From an uncultured Bacteroidales bacterium (GTDB lineage Bacteria > Bacteroidota > Bacteroidia > Bacteroidales > Paludibacteraceae): 59,638 bases of DNA. This document shows positions 1 to 8,851 of the stretch, in pieces. The position numbers and the translations under genes were made by a program. The notes under the pieces were generated by a model, which worked only from the letters and a program-made list of their open reading frames with translations, made no database searches and was not told the origin of the DNA. The DNA is taken from contig CALDPN010000086.1 of the NCBI GenBank assembly GCA_937911235.1, positions 1 through 59,638 on the forward strand, written 5' to 3'. Each line of letters opens with the position of its first letter. Within the stretch, counting starts at the first letter, position 1.

Positions 1-116
1 TTCTCATACGCAAATATTTCTGCACTACTATATCCCATTTCAATGCGTAATTGCTTAATCTGCTTACCTATAGCGATTAATCTTTTATCTTCTATGTTAT
101 TTTCTTTTTGTTCCAT
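1..116 (-). CDS. XRE-family helix-turn-helix regulator, N-terminal part only (runs off window start)
   Basis: Reverse-strand ATG at 116..114, open to position 1: MEQKENNIEDKRLIAIGKQIKQLRIEMGYSSAEIFAYE. This is the IGxxIKxLRxxxGxS layout of HTH_3 regulators. Absent from the ORF track because it is truncated. Confidence 0.45.
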   Translation of the reverse strand, partial: MEQKENNIEDKRLIAIGKQIKQLRIEMGYSSAEIFAYE

Positions 117-241
117 AAGACAAAATTTATTATTCAAAAATACACTTTTGTAGGATATAATTAAACCTAAATAATTAAACATAAAATACGCACTATAACA
201 TAAAAAACATAATAAATGCAAATATTTTCAAAAATTATTAT

Positions 242-249
242 TATGTTTG
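242..249 (+). promoter_or_regulatory. Bacteroides-type -7 box (TATGTTTG) upstream of the secreted-protein operon
   Basis: Matches the TAnnTTTG consensus, 46 nt upstream of the ATG at 295 in an AT-rich leader. Confidence 0.3.
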
Positions 250-294
250 TGCTGTAAATTATAATAAGTGATAAAGTAATATAATAACGTTGCT

Positions 295-747
295 ATGAAA
301 AAGTTAGTTTTTTCTTTTGTTTTAATGATTTTTCTTGCAGGTAGTCTTTATTCGCAACAATTCTCTAATTATTTAGTATTAGATGCAGAAGTAGAATCTT
401 CTTCAGTAGTAAAGTTAAAGATTAAGACATTTTGTAGGAATAAGAAATATGTTGATGCTGAAGCTCAATGTGTTGCTATTAAAACTGTACTGTTTAATGG
501 AATTCCTAATACGCAGTATAAAAAGCCATTATTAGATGAAGGAGAATATACGAGTTATGATGAACATCCAGTTTATTTTGAAAATTTATTTACATATCGC
601 TTTTTTGATTTCATTCAAAGTTATAGGATGCTATCTAAATTCCGGAAGGCTAATGATAAATCTACAGTATATGAGGTGAAAGTTAAAATAATCCAATTAA
701 GAAAAGATTTAGAGAAAAATAATATAAGAAGAAATATAGGACTATGA
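295..747 (+). CDS. secreted hypothetical protein
   Basis: N-terminal signal peptide MKKLVFSFVLMIFLAGSLYSQQ. 4-nt ATGA overlap with the next ORF. No family recognised. Confidence 0.5.
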   Translation: MKKLVFSFVLMIFLAGSLYSQQFSNYLVLDAEVESSSVVKLKIKTFCRNKKYVDAEAQCVAIKTVLFNGIPNTQYKKPLLDEGEYTSYDEHPVYFENLFTYRFFDFIQSYRMLSKFRKANDKSTVYEVKVKIIQLRKDLEKNNIRRNIGL

Positions 748-1616
748 AGAAGTTTATACTTGTGTGTTTTATTGTATTAATATGTACTTGTACCTATTCA
801 CAAGTACAACCTAAAATTATGGTTATACCATATACATCAGAAGGTCAAGACATTAGAAATGTTTTGGAAAGGGATGAAACAAAAAGAATTATTCTTACAA
901 AAATAAAAGAAGCTTTTGATAATCGTGGTTTTAGTACTGTTGATTTTGTTGCTCGTTTAAAGTCAGCAGAGACGAGTAGCGTGATGATGATGGATAACCA
1001 AGATGATATAAAAGCTGAGATAATTAACATGTCTGGAGCTGACATATATGTGGAAGCTGAAATGATATGTTTACAGACTATTGTTTCAGGTCAAACTAAT
1101 CCAGAAACCAGAGTTAAGATTATATTAACAGCGTATGATGCTGCGACTGGTACTTCTCTATCGAATAAGATAGGTGAAAGTGGTACATTTTATACTAAGG
1201 ATGTTGCTAAACTGGCGATGAAAGCTATAGAGTCGTGTGCAAATAGTTTCTTAAGTGTAATGCAAAGTAAATTTTCTGATATAGTAGAGAACGGACGTTC
1301 TATTATACTTTATATTGGTTTTGATGAGTCTTCAACATTTACAATGGAAACTGAGGTTGGTTCAGACGGAATGTTATTGCAAGACGAAATAGAACTATGG
1401 GTGGAGAGTCATGCTTATAATGGATATTATCATATACTAGGTGCGACATCTCTAACGATGATATTTGATGAAATACGGATCCCATTATATGATGATGAGG
1501 GTAAAACTTATACATCGAGTAGATTTGGTTTAGAACTTTTAAAATTCTTTAGAAGTAATAAAATTAAAGTAACAAGGGATACTAAAGGTAATACATTATA
1601 TTTTACAATTAAATAA
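744..1616 (+). CDS. secreted hypothetical protein (possible LpoB/CsgG-like small alpha/beta module, unverified)
   Basis: Signal peptide MKKFILVCFIVLICTCTYSQ. PKIMVIPY...ADIYVEAE pattern. Translationally coupled to its neighbours. Confidence 0.5.
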   Translation: MKKFILVCFIVLICTCTYSQVQPKIMVIPYTSEGQDIRNVLERDETKRIILTKIKEAFDNRGFSTVDFVARLKSAETSSVMMMDNQDDIKAEIINMSGADIYVEAEMICLQTIVSGQTNPETRVKIILTAYDAATGTSLSNKIGESGTFYTKDVAKLAMKAIESCANSFLSVMQSKFSDIVENGRSIILYIGFDESSTFTMETEVGSDGMLLQDEIELWVESHAYNGYYHILGATSLTMIFDEIRIPLYDDEGKTYTSSRFGLELLKFFRSNKIKVTRDTKGNTLYFTIK

Positions 1617-1617
1617 G

Positions 1618-2685
1618 ATGAGAAATATTTTAGTTTTAATAAGTATATTTTGTACACTATCATTGGTTGCACAAACTGTACGTGATATAGGGAAGGTTAC
1701 TTTAGGTGTTAAAGTGGAGGAAAATTCAACAGCGGATACAAAATTAGTTTCAAATCAATTAAGAAGCAAATTACAACAACTGGCTACACAAGCTGGTTAT
1801 TCTTCTTATGGAAATAATCAGTTCTATATATCACCTACTATTATTGTAAATATAGTTGATATAGCAGAAGGTGGAATGAGAACAATTTACGTTGTACAAG
1901 GAGAACTAAACTTGTCAATTGTTGGTGGATTTGAGAATACGATATATTCTAGTATGTCATTTTCATTTAAAGGCTCAGGAATTTCACAGGAAAAAGCAAT
2001 TCTGAATGGTGTATTAAAAATAAATTATTCTAATGTAGAAGATATATTTAATGTAGCACGTCATAAAATTCTAAAGTTCTATGAAAATAAGCAGGATGTA
2101 ATATTTTCCCAAGCTGATTTTTATGTAAAGAATAAGGAGTTTGAGAAAGCAATAGCATGTTTAATGTTAATACCTGAAGAACTATCTGACTTATATAAAG
2201 TGTCATTAACAAAAGCTATAGAAGTATATGAGAAACGTGATATTGAATTAAAAAGGCAAGCTGAAGCTAAGCGTAGAGAAGATAATGAGGCGATATTAAG
2301 AAAAGCTCAAAGTTTTATTTCTATGAGTAAGCCAGAGGAGGCGTTAAGAGTATTATGGAGTTATAGAGGTTTAGATAAGTATCAAAATAATTTATGTGAC
2401 TCGTTAATATTAAAATCAGAGAGGATGATAGGTGAGGAAAAAGCACGTGAATTAGAAAGGGAAAAAATGGAGTATGAAGATAGGCGATTACGAGAGGATA
2501 GAGAATGGAGATTGTATGAGAAAACAGTTGAACATGAAATGGATATAGAATCACAAAATGTGCAGTTAAATTATGCTATTTTAGAATCAGAAACAAAACT
2601 TGAGCAACAAAGAGTAGAATCAATAAAAACAATAGCATGTGAAGCTCTAAAAAATAATCCGAATTTACTTAACAATTTAAAATAA
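1618..2685 (+). CDS. secreted hypothetical protein with charged coiled-coil C-terminal half
   Basis: Signal peptide MRNILVLISIFCTLSLVAQ. The C-terminal ~150 aa is rich in E/R/K heptad-like sequence. Starts 1 nt after the previous stop. Confidence 0.5.
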   Translation: MRNILVLISIFCTLSLVAQTVRDIGKVTLGVKVEENSTADTKLVSNQLRSKLQQLATQAGYSSYGNNQFYISPTIIVNIVDIAEGGMRTIYVVQGELNLSIVGGFENTIYSSMSFSFKGSGISQEKAILNGVLKINYSNVEDIFNVARHKILKFYENKQDVIFSQADFYVKNKEFEKAIACLMLIPEELSDLYKVSLTKAIEVYEKRDIELKRQAEAKRREDNEAILRKAQSFISMSKPEEALRVLWSYRGLDKYQNNLCDSLILKSERMIGEEKARELEREKMEYEDRRLREDREWRLYEKTVEHEMDIESQNVQLNYAILESETKLEQQRVESIKTIACEALKNNPNLLNNLK

Positions 2686-2691
2686 TATATT

Positions 2692-4407
2692 ATGAAAAAG
2701 ATTTTAACTAGTTTATTAATGTACATCGTCTGTTGTAGTTTGCTTACAGCTCAAACAACAGATGAGAATGGTGCGAAAAACTATACTGCAAATGTAGCAG
2801 TATTTGTGAACGAAACTATGTATGAGATTGAAAATGGTAGCATACATAGGGCAGAAATAGAGGGAAGAGAACGTCTTAAAGATGCCCTAACATTGTATAT
2901 GTCTCAGTATTTTATGCAGAATGGTTTTCTTATAGTTAATTCTGATCCTGCTATAAACCAAAAAATTAATTCTATAGTCCAAGAAAATAAATTAGAAGAG
3001 TATATTGATGGTATGTCTATTCAAGCTAAGAATGTAGGAGCTCAATTCCTAGCTCTTTTAGATTATACATTATATATGGAGAAAAATACAGATATAACAG
3101 TAGATTTCGCATTTAGGTTTATTAATGTCTATACAGGAGTTTCTACACATAGACACGTAACGCGCACTGATGTATGTTATACTGCAAATGATGTTAATAA
3201 ATTATCAGTTGATGCATTTAAAGAGTTTACAATCGAATTTGACGATTTCTTTAAACATCAATTTATACCTTCTTTCGTGGTATCAGAAGTAAATGGAAAG
3301 AAGACAAAATTATTTGCTACACGTGCGATGCAATTGACAAATGATAATGTTGATTACTATAAATGGTACAATGAGGTACATAAATTTAATGGTAAGGAAA
3401 TAAAATTCTGTTGTTTAGACTACCTTACTACATCGTCAACTCCTTTAAGTAAAGCAAAAGTTGATATGAATACACAGGCTATAATGCTTAATACAAAGAA
3501 GGCGATTTCAGAAAATCCTCAATCATTAACAGCTACTGCTGGTGTTAAATGGTTTATAGTTGGAGAATCGCATTCTCCTGTGATTTATACTTATTTGGAA
3601 TTACCTTATACCGAAAATAGCAAAGAAGCTTTTGCAAGAAAGATGGTAAATAATGCAGTTTTTCAGGCAATATCTACTCATCCAAACCAAAATTTGATAG
3701 CCGAAAGTGAGATGAATCCAGAAATAAAAGCTGAGAGGGAAAGACAAAAATCAGAAGATTTTATGAATACAGAAAATAATAATTATCAGAATCTGATTGA
3801 TAAGTTGGGCTCAGGTGCAATGGGGGCACAATATTTGATTTCTATAGAAGACTTTAAATTAGATTCAAATGATATTAAGAAGGTGTCTTTTACACTTAAA
3901 TGTTATGGAACAGAAGAAAATATATTACATAAGGCACATAATGTGTCGTGTCATTTATCTAATATTAATGAAGTAATGGATTACTATATAAATCAGTATC
4001 TATTAACATTAGTAAGTGTTTCATCTTTTGATAATAAGTCTATATCTCTAGTGACAACAATGTGGTTGAAGGCAAATGTCGGTGACATTTTTGTGTTGAA
4101 TGGGATAATGGAAATTACTGACCCATTAACAGGTAAAACAGTTTATAAAAGGACTCCAATCGCTGAATATAAATATATAGAATGGAAAGGTCAGAAACAT
4201 GTCCTTGAGTTAAAGGCTGTGTTGAATAAAGAAATGTATAAGAATATGGCAGAATTGTGCGAGAGAGAAAGAAATGGTAAAGGCAATTTTACTTTGTCAA
4301 AACATGTAAATAAACCAGATAAAATGGATAGAGACAATTCTATATTTGCTAAAAAAGAAAAGGCAAATAATGTTTTAGATGCATTTAGTGGAGGTTTTGG
4401 CTTCTAG
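2692..4407 (+). CDS. secreted hypothetical protein (571 aa)
   Basis: Signal peptide MKKILTSLLMYIVCCSLLTAQ. Last gene of a tightly packed four-gene unit, followed by a strong hairpin. Confidence 0.5.
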   Translation: MKKILTSLLMYIVCCSLLTAQTTDENGAKNYTANVAVFVNETMYEIENGSIHRAEIEGRERLKDALTLYMSQYFMQNGFLIVNSDPAINQKINSIVQENKLEEYIDGMSIQAKNVGAQFLALLDYTLYMEKNTDITVDFAFRFINVYTGVSTHRHVTRTDVCYTANDVNKLSVDAFKEFTIEFDDFFKHQFIPSFVVSEVNGKKTKLFATRAMQLTNDNVDYYKWYNEVHKFNGKEIKFCCLDYLTTSSTPLSKAKVDMNTQAIMLNTKKAISENPQSLTATAGVKWFIVGESHSPVIYTYLELPYTENSKEAFARKMVNNAVFQAISTHPNQNLIAESEMNPEIKAERERQKSEDFMNTENNNYQNLIDKLGSGAMGAQYLISIEDFKLDSNDIKKVSFTLKCYGTEENILHKAHNVSCHLSNINEVMDYYINQYLLTLVSVSSFDNKSISLVTTMWLKANVGDIFVLNGIMEITDPLTGKTVYKRTPIAEYKYIEWKGQKHVLELKAVLNKEMYKNMAELCERERNGKGNFTLSKHVNKPDKMDRDNSIFAKKEKANNVLDAFSGGFGF

Positions 4408-4433
4408 GTTTGATCTATCTTTATTTAAGAATG

Positions 4434-4496
4434 TACTCTGAATCCTGCGGAATGTAGCAAAAATTTACACATTCCGCAGAGTTCAGAGTATTTTTC
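4434..4496 (+). terminator. rho-independent terminator after the four-gene operon
   Basis: TACTCTGAATCCTGCGGAATGT (4434-4455) pairs with ACATTCCGCAGAGTTCAGAGTA (4469-4490) at 20/22 bp with a 13-nt loop, followed by TTTTTC. Confidence 0.6.
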
Positions 4497-4513
4497 ATGA
4501 ACTATTAAAATAA

Positions 4514-4666
4514 AAGTTCCGGAAGTTTACAGAGGATATTAGTGGCTACTACCTAACAATAGATAACGAGAAATATCTTATCTGCGACCCTACATACATT
4601 GGTGCTCCAATTGGCGATTGTATGCCAGACTTCCAAAATGTATCAGCAGAAATCATCAAGATTTAA
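4514..4666 (+). pseudogene. possible C-terminal gene remnant (about 50 codons, no start codon)
   Basis: Open frame KFRKFTEDISGYYLTIDNEKYLICDPTYIGAPIGDCMPDFQNVSAEIIKI-stop, bounded upstream by an in-frame TAA at 4511 with no ATG. It has protein-like composition and lies in otherwise unassigned DNA. Confidence 0.2.
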
Positions 4667-4670
4667 CAAT

Positions 4671-6119
4671 TTAGCTTAAGCCAAACAAGTCATCCATTGT
4701 GATTTCTTTTTGAACTAGTCCACTATATTTACCATATTTGATACCATATGTGCTAATTATGGTTAGGTGTATGGCTTGTTTTGCAGAGAGTGTATCTTTG
4801 AGAGTTTCAATGCGATGTCTAAGTTTTGAGTCTTCTTCTTTGTCAATATTGTAGATGTCGCTTGCAAATTTCATTTCACAAAGATTTACAATATTATCTT
4901 TTCTAATAATTAGAAGGTCTATTTGTGCTCCTTCTCGGTTGTCATTGCCTTTTATGCTCCAAGCTGATATAGAGCAGTTGAGACCTTTTATTCCAAGAGC
5001 ATTTTTGATGTTATCAATATGTTGCCAACAAACTTCTTCGAATGCAATACCTCTCCAATACTTTAAAATGTCTGAAGTAATATTTTCAGTCATATAGTTT
5101 GTTTTGTTACTGTTTGCTTCTACATGCTTAAGCCAAAACAAACAGAAGTTGTCGATAAGTTTATATTTTACTACCTTTCCGTGCTCATTGTATGGAGTGT
5201 ATTTTTGTATGAAATCGCTTTCTATAAGTGATGTTAATGTATTTGTAAGTCCTCCTCCAAAAGGAATTCCAGTTTCTGCTGAGATTTCTTCTCTAGTGTA
5301 ACCTATATGTTTTGTAGAAAGTAGTTTGATTATTTTTTTGCAATCTTCTGGATTGCTGAATATTGCTTTAAATAGTCTATTGTATTCGTCTTTAAGTCGA
5401 GGATTCCTTCCAAAAAGTATTTCATCAATATTTGCAGATAGGCTAAAACCCTTTTTGAAATATCTTAGATAATATGGAATTCCCCCAAATACCATATATG
5501 CTTGAATAATGTCGTAGCGTGACATTATAATATTTTCGTGTTCAAAATATTCTTCACATTCTTTTAAAGTAAAAGGTGATAATTTAATCTCGTCTGTAAG
5601 TCTGCCATATAGTCCACCTTTATTACGAGATAAGTTTCCTAATATCCATGAAGTCGCACTTCCGCATACAATAAGCATAATATTATCCCTGCCGCTACAC
5701 CAACCATTCCAAAAACTTTCAAATGCAGGTAAAAATCCAGAGCGTGGGGTATCCATCCAAGGAAGTTCATCTAAAAAGATTACTTGTTTAGAGCCATCGT
5801 CAAATCTTATCAGTAGTTGTTTTAGTTGAAAAAAAGCTTCCATCCAAGTTTTGGGTTTGTCGTAGCCTTCTAAACCATGACTCAAAAGTGTATAGTAGAA
5901 ACTTTCTAATTGTGTTCTCATAAGATTCTTCTCACTTTCTTGATCTACAGGTGAAACTCCTGTGTGTTGAAAGGTGAAACGATTCTTAAAAACCTGATTG
6001 ATTAGAAAGGTTTTTCCAACGCGTCTTCTGCCATATACTGCAACAAATTCTGAACGGTCACTGTGATAGAGTTTTTCTAGCTCTTCTATCTCTTTTTTTC
6101 TGCCTATTATTACACTCAT
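4671..6119 (-). CDS. AAA+ ATPase of the archaeal-ATPase/DUF234 type
   Basis: Walker A VYGRRRVGKT and Walker B VIFLDELPWM. Size (~480 aa) and the C-terminal region are typical of ATPase+DUF234 proteins. Confidence 0.75.
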   Translation of the reverse strand: MSVIIGRKKEIEELEKLYHSDRSEFVAVYGRRRVGKTFLINQVFKNRFTFQHTGVSPVDQESEKNLMRTQLESFYYTLLSHGLEGYDKPKTWMEAFFQLKQLLIRFDDGSKQVIFLDELPWMDTPRSGFLPAFESFWNGWCSGRDNIMLIVCGSATSWILGNLSRNKGGLYGRLTDEIKLSPFTLKECEEYFEHENIIMSRYDIIQAYMVFGGIPYYLRYFKKGFSLSANIDEILFGRNPRLKDEYNRLFKAIFSNPEDCKKIIKLLSTKHIGYTREEISAETGIPFGGGLTNTLTSLIESDFIQKYTPYNEHGKVVKYKLIDNFCLFWLKHVEANSNKTNYMTENITSDILKYWRGIAFEEVCWQHIDNIKNALGIKGLNCSISAWSIKGNDNREGAQIDLLIIRKDNIVNLCEMKFASDIYNIDKEEDSKLRHRIETLKDTLSAKQAIHLTIISTYGIKYGKYSGLVQKEITMDDLFGLS

Positions 6120-6138
6120 AATGTATTGGATTTTGTTG

Positions 6139-6146
6139 CAAATATA
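6139..6146 (-). promoter_or_regulatory. -7 box (TATATTTG on minus strand) for the ATPase gene
   Basis: Plus-strand CAAATATA lies 20 nt upstream of the minus-strand ATG at 6119. Confidence 0.3.
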
Positions 6147-6236
6147 TAAATAATTTTTCTATTTGGCAAAATATATACCTATTTATTCTGCCAAATAGAG
6201 TGTAAAATGGTTGTATGTGGCAAGATAAGCCCTTGT

Positions 6237-6932
6237 TTATTCTGCCATCATATCCATACTGAATACTTGGTCTACGCCTTCGGCTGCTTGTTTTTCTTCG
6301 GTTGCTTTGCTTTCTTCTTGCTCTCCTGTTTGGAATGCTTGATATGCTTCTTCCACTTCTTTTTCTTTGTCTTCTTTTAGCTTTTTAACGGTGCCCATGT
6401 GCCAATCATAGATTTCTTGTAGTTTGTCTTTGGCAAGTTGCATGTTTTCTTCTGAGGCACCATTCATTTTTAATGCCACTTTACTACTACCATAAGAGAA
6501 AATAGCTTCAAGTTTTGTGTTGGTAATGTCGAATTGAGCCTTAATATATTCCATACACACATCGTGACGCTCTTTGTTCATTTTGGGCATGGTGTAATAT
6601 ATTACTATTTCATCTTCGCCAGTTATTTCATTTTTCTCTGTTTTTTCTTCTATTTCAAATTCTGGGTGTTCTAGTTTAATTGCTTTTGTGATAGGAAGGA
6701 CATATTCTTTGTCTTTAGCAGTAATGGCAAATTGTTTGTCATTTGGAATTGCCACAGATGCCACTTCTTCTAGGTTTAGTTCTTTACCTTCTATTTTAAT
6801 GGTGGCAGAAAGGAGTGCCATTGGATCTGCGGTGATACATAAATTTGACAAATGAAAATAAAACAGCATAGCGTGGCCGTTCATTTTTTGTTTGGTTTCG
6901 TCAAATAGTTCGTTAATAGTTTTGTTATTCAT
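6237..6932 (-). CDS. hypothetical protein with ribosome-recycling-factor-like layout and acidic tail
   Basis: By-eye alignment to Frr/RRF. [52 protein letters not shown] matches [69 protein letters not shown] matches LPPLTEERRKDLTKIVR. Lies 15 nt downstream of the DUF4280 gene on the same strand. Confidence 0.4.
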   Translation of the reverse strand: [231 protein letters not shown]

Positions 6933-6947
6933 AACTTGATGTTTTAA

Positions 6948-7337
6948 TTATTTACCTGTTGTGTTTGCTACGTGCCCCGGATTTGTAATTGAGATATTAC
7001 CACCGTAGGCACACATTGTTTTACAATTGTCGAGTAGTGCTGGCATGTTTGATACCAATTCTTTGCCTCCGGGAGCCCATGGAGACACAATCACTGGGAT
7101 GCAAGGCATAGGTGTTAACACTCCCATCGCTGCAGATGTGGCAGATGCTACCGTAGGATTTGCCATAGATTGGCACATGCCAAATGGCATTATGTTCATC
7201 ATTGGTGCAAAGTCCATTATATTAGCCTTGGGTTTGTTTTGAATCATTGGTCTCAATGGCACGGTAACCATAAGTGTGGATGGTGCCATTCCGAAACTGC
7301 ATTTTAGCATTGCTCCCATGCATACATACTTAGCCAT
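6948..7337 (-). CDS. DUF4280 family PAAR-like protein
   Basis: Hallmarks GAMLKCSFGMAPSTLMV, FGMCQS, PCIPV..SPW, ALLDNCKTMCAYGGNISITNPGH. Size 129 aa. Confidence 0.8.
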   Translation of the reverse strand: MAKYVCMGAMLKCSFGMAPSTLMVTVPLRPMIQNKPKANIMDFAPMMNIMPFGMCQSMANPTVASATSAAMGVLTPMPCIPVIVSPWAPGGKELVSNMPALLDNCKTMCAYGGNISITNPGHVANTTGK

Positions 7338-7375
7338 AACCTTAATTATTAAATACTTGTGATTAATACTGTGAG

Positions 7376-7383
7376 CAAAGGTA
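7376..7383 (-). promoter_or_regulatory. candidate -7 box (TACCTTTG on minus strand) for the PAAR-like operon
   Basis: Plus-strand CAAAGGTA lies about 40 nt upstream of the minus-strand ATG at 7337. Confidence 0.25.
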
Positions 7384-7618
7384 TTTAAAAATCAATGTCG
7401 CTATTTTTTTATTGCGTTTAATTAATTAAATTTTAATCTCTTTAGACTTGAAACGTTTGCAAATTAAAAAATTAACTATTTCTTACATAAAAGCCTGGTT
7501 TTAAGGACTTTTGTTTAACAATTTTAATCTTACACTTCTAAAACAATGCTCAAAAATAAAAATATGTTAGATATGTTAAACATTACTCTTAAAAGGATTT
7601 CTCAGTGTAAGTTTTACA

Positions 7619-7626
7619 TACATTTG
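7619..7626 (+). promoter_or_regulatory. candidate -7 box (TACATTTG) for the E1/baseplate operon
   Basis: TAnnTTTG match at the end of a 293-nt AT-rich divergent intergenic region. If used, the real E1 start is more likely the ATG at 7649 than the GTG at 7631. Confidence 0.3.
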
Positions 7627-7630
7627 CCAC

Positions 7631-8851
7631 GTGCTAAAAACAAATGGCATGGTAAAAAGATATGAAATAGAAACGGTAACGTTACAAGAGTGGGGAACCG
7701 ATATTTACCCTAAACTTTCTTGGTTTAAACAAAGCAAGGTTGCTTCTGCTCATGTTATGGTTGTGGGTTGTGGTGCACTAGGCAACGAGGTAATAAAAAA
7801 CTTGGCGCTTTTTGGTGTGGGCAATATTGTTTTGGTAGACTTCGATGAAGTTGAATACTCAAATCTTACTCGTTCTATTCTTTTTTGTAGTGATGATGCA
7901 AAAATGCATCGTTACAAGGTGGAAGCTGCTGCGGAGAGTGTAAAAAGAATCAATCCTAATATTAATGTGACCACGATAGTGGGCGATATAAGTAATAGTG
8001 TAGGACTAGGACTTATTCGTAAAATGAATGTGATAGTGGGCTGTCTAGATAATAGATGGGCTCGTTATACACTAAATCGCTTGTGTATGCGTGCAGGAGC
8101 TCCTTGGGTAGATGGAGGAATTAACGCTCTTGAGGGAGTGGCAAAGGTGTTTATCCCTGGCAAAAATTGTTATGCTTGCACACTTGAGCCTTCTGCTCTT
8201 GCAGAATTGAAGCGCAGTACTTCTTGCGCTGTGGCAATTAAAAGAAATCAAGAAAGTGGCAGAGTGCCTACTACTCCAGTGGTGGCATCTATTATAGGTG
8301 CAGTTCAGGCACAAGAGGCTATGAAACTGATTCATAAAGAAGAACTCCAAGGTGGAGAACTTACATCGCTTTGTGGCAAAATGTTTTGCTACGATGGAGC
8401 TTCTATGACAGTGAGGTTGGTCTCTCACGAGGCTTGGGACGAAGATTGTCCAGTTCACGAACATTGGTCTCCTGTGATAGAATCTCCTCTTACCAATCTT
8501 AATACAGTAGAAGAAGTTTTAGCATATATAAAAGATAAATTTTCAACAGACTCTGCCGAAATAGTTTTAAGAAATCAGGCATTTGTGGATTTTATTGAAG
8601 ATAGAATTACTGGTGAAAAATACAATATAATGCTACCGGAGGCTGAGGTGTCTAGTTTTATAGAAAATGATGAGGTGCTGCGCATCAAACCAATGGGGCA
8701 GTTCTATCAACATACCATACGTGGTATCAATGAAGATTTTAAATACAAAAACCTAACACTAAAACAACTTGGCATTCCAGAGCAAGATGTGTTACACGTT
8801 AGGGATGAGAGAGAATTTTACGTTGAGTTAGGGTCAACTCCTAACTTCTAA
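7631..8851 (+). CDS. ThiF/MoeB/E1-like adenylating enzyme (ubiquitin-activating-like)
   Basis: Rossmann motif VMVVGCGALGNEVIKNLALFGVGNIVLVDFDEVEYSNLTRSILF (GxGxxG...D.D.V..SNL.R). CYAC Zn-type motif followed by STSCAVA. About 130 aa of extra C-terminal domain. Start may be the ATG at 7649. Confidence 0.85.
   Translation: MLKTNGMVKRYEIETVTLQEWGTDIYPKLSWFKQSKVASAHVMVVGCGALGNEVIKNLALFGVGNIVLVDFDEVEYSNLTRSILFCSDDAKMHRYKVEAAAESVKRINPNINVTTIVGDISNSVGLGLIRKMNVIVGCLDNRWARYTLNRLCMRAGAPWVDGGINALEGVAKVFIPGKNCYACTLEPSALAELKRSTSCAVAIKRNQESGRVPTTPVVASIIGAVQAQEAMKLIHKEELQGGELTSLCGKMFCYDGASMTVRLVSHEAWDEDCPVHEHWSPVIESPLTNLNTVEEVLAYIKDKFSTDSAEIVLRNQAFVDFIEDRITGEKYNIMLPEAEVSSFIENDEVLRIKPMGQFYQHTIRGINEDFKYKNLTLKQLGIPEQDVLHVRDEREFYVELGSTPNF

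Noticed and set aside
7338-7630. A small RNA or riboswitch in the 293-nt divergent intergenic region. ATTTTAATCT occurs twice, at about 7430 and about 7523, and ATGTTA is duplicated near 7565.
   Set aside because: The region is extremely AT-rich with no convincing stable structure or known riboswitch core. The short direct repeats could be operator sites but cannot be supported from sequence alone.
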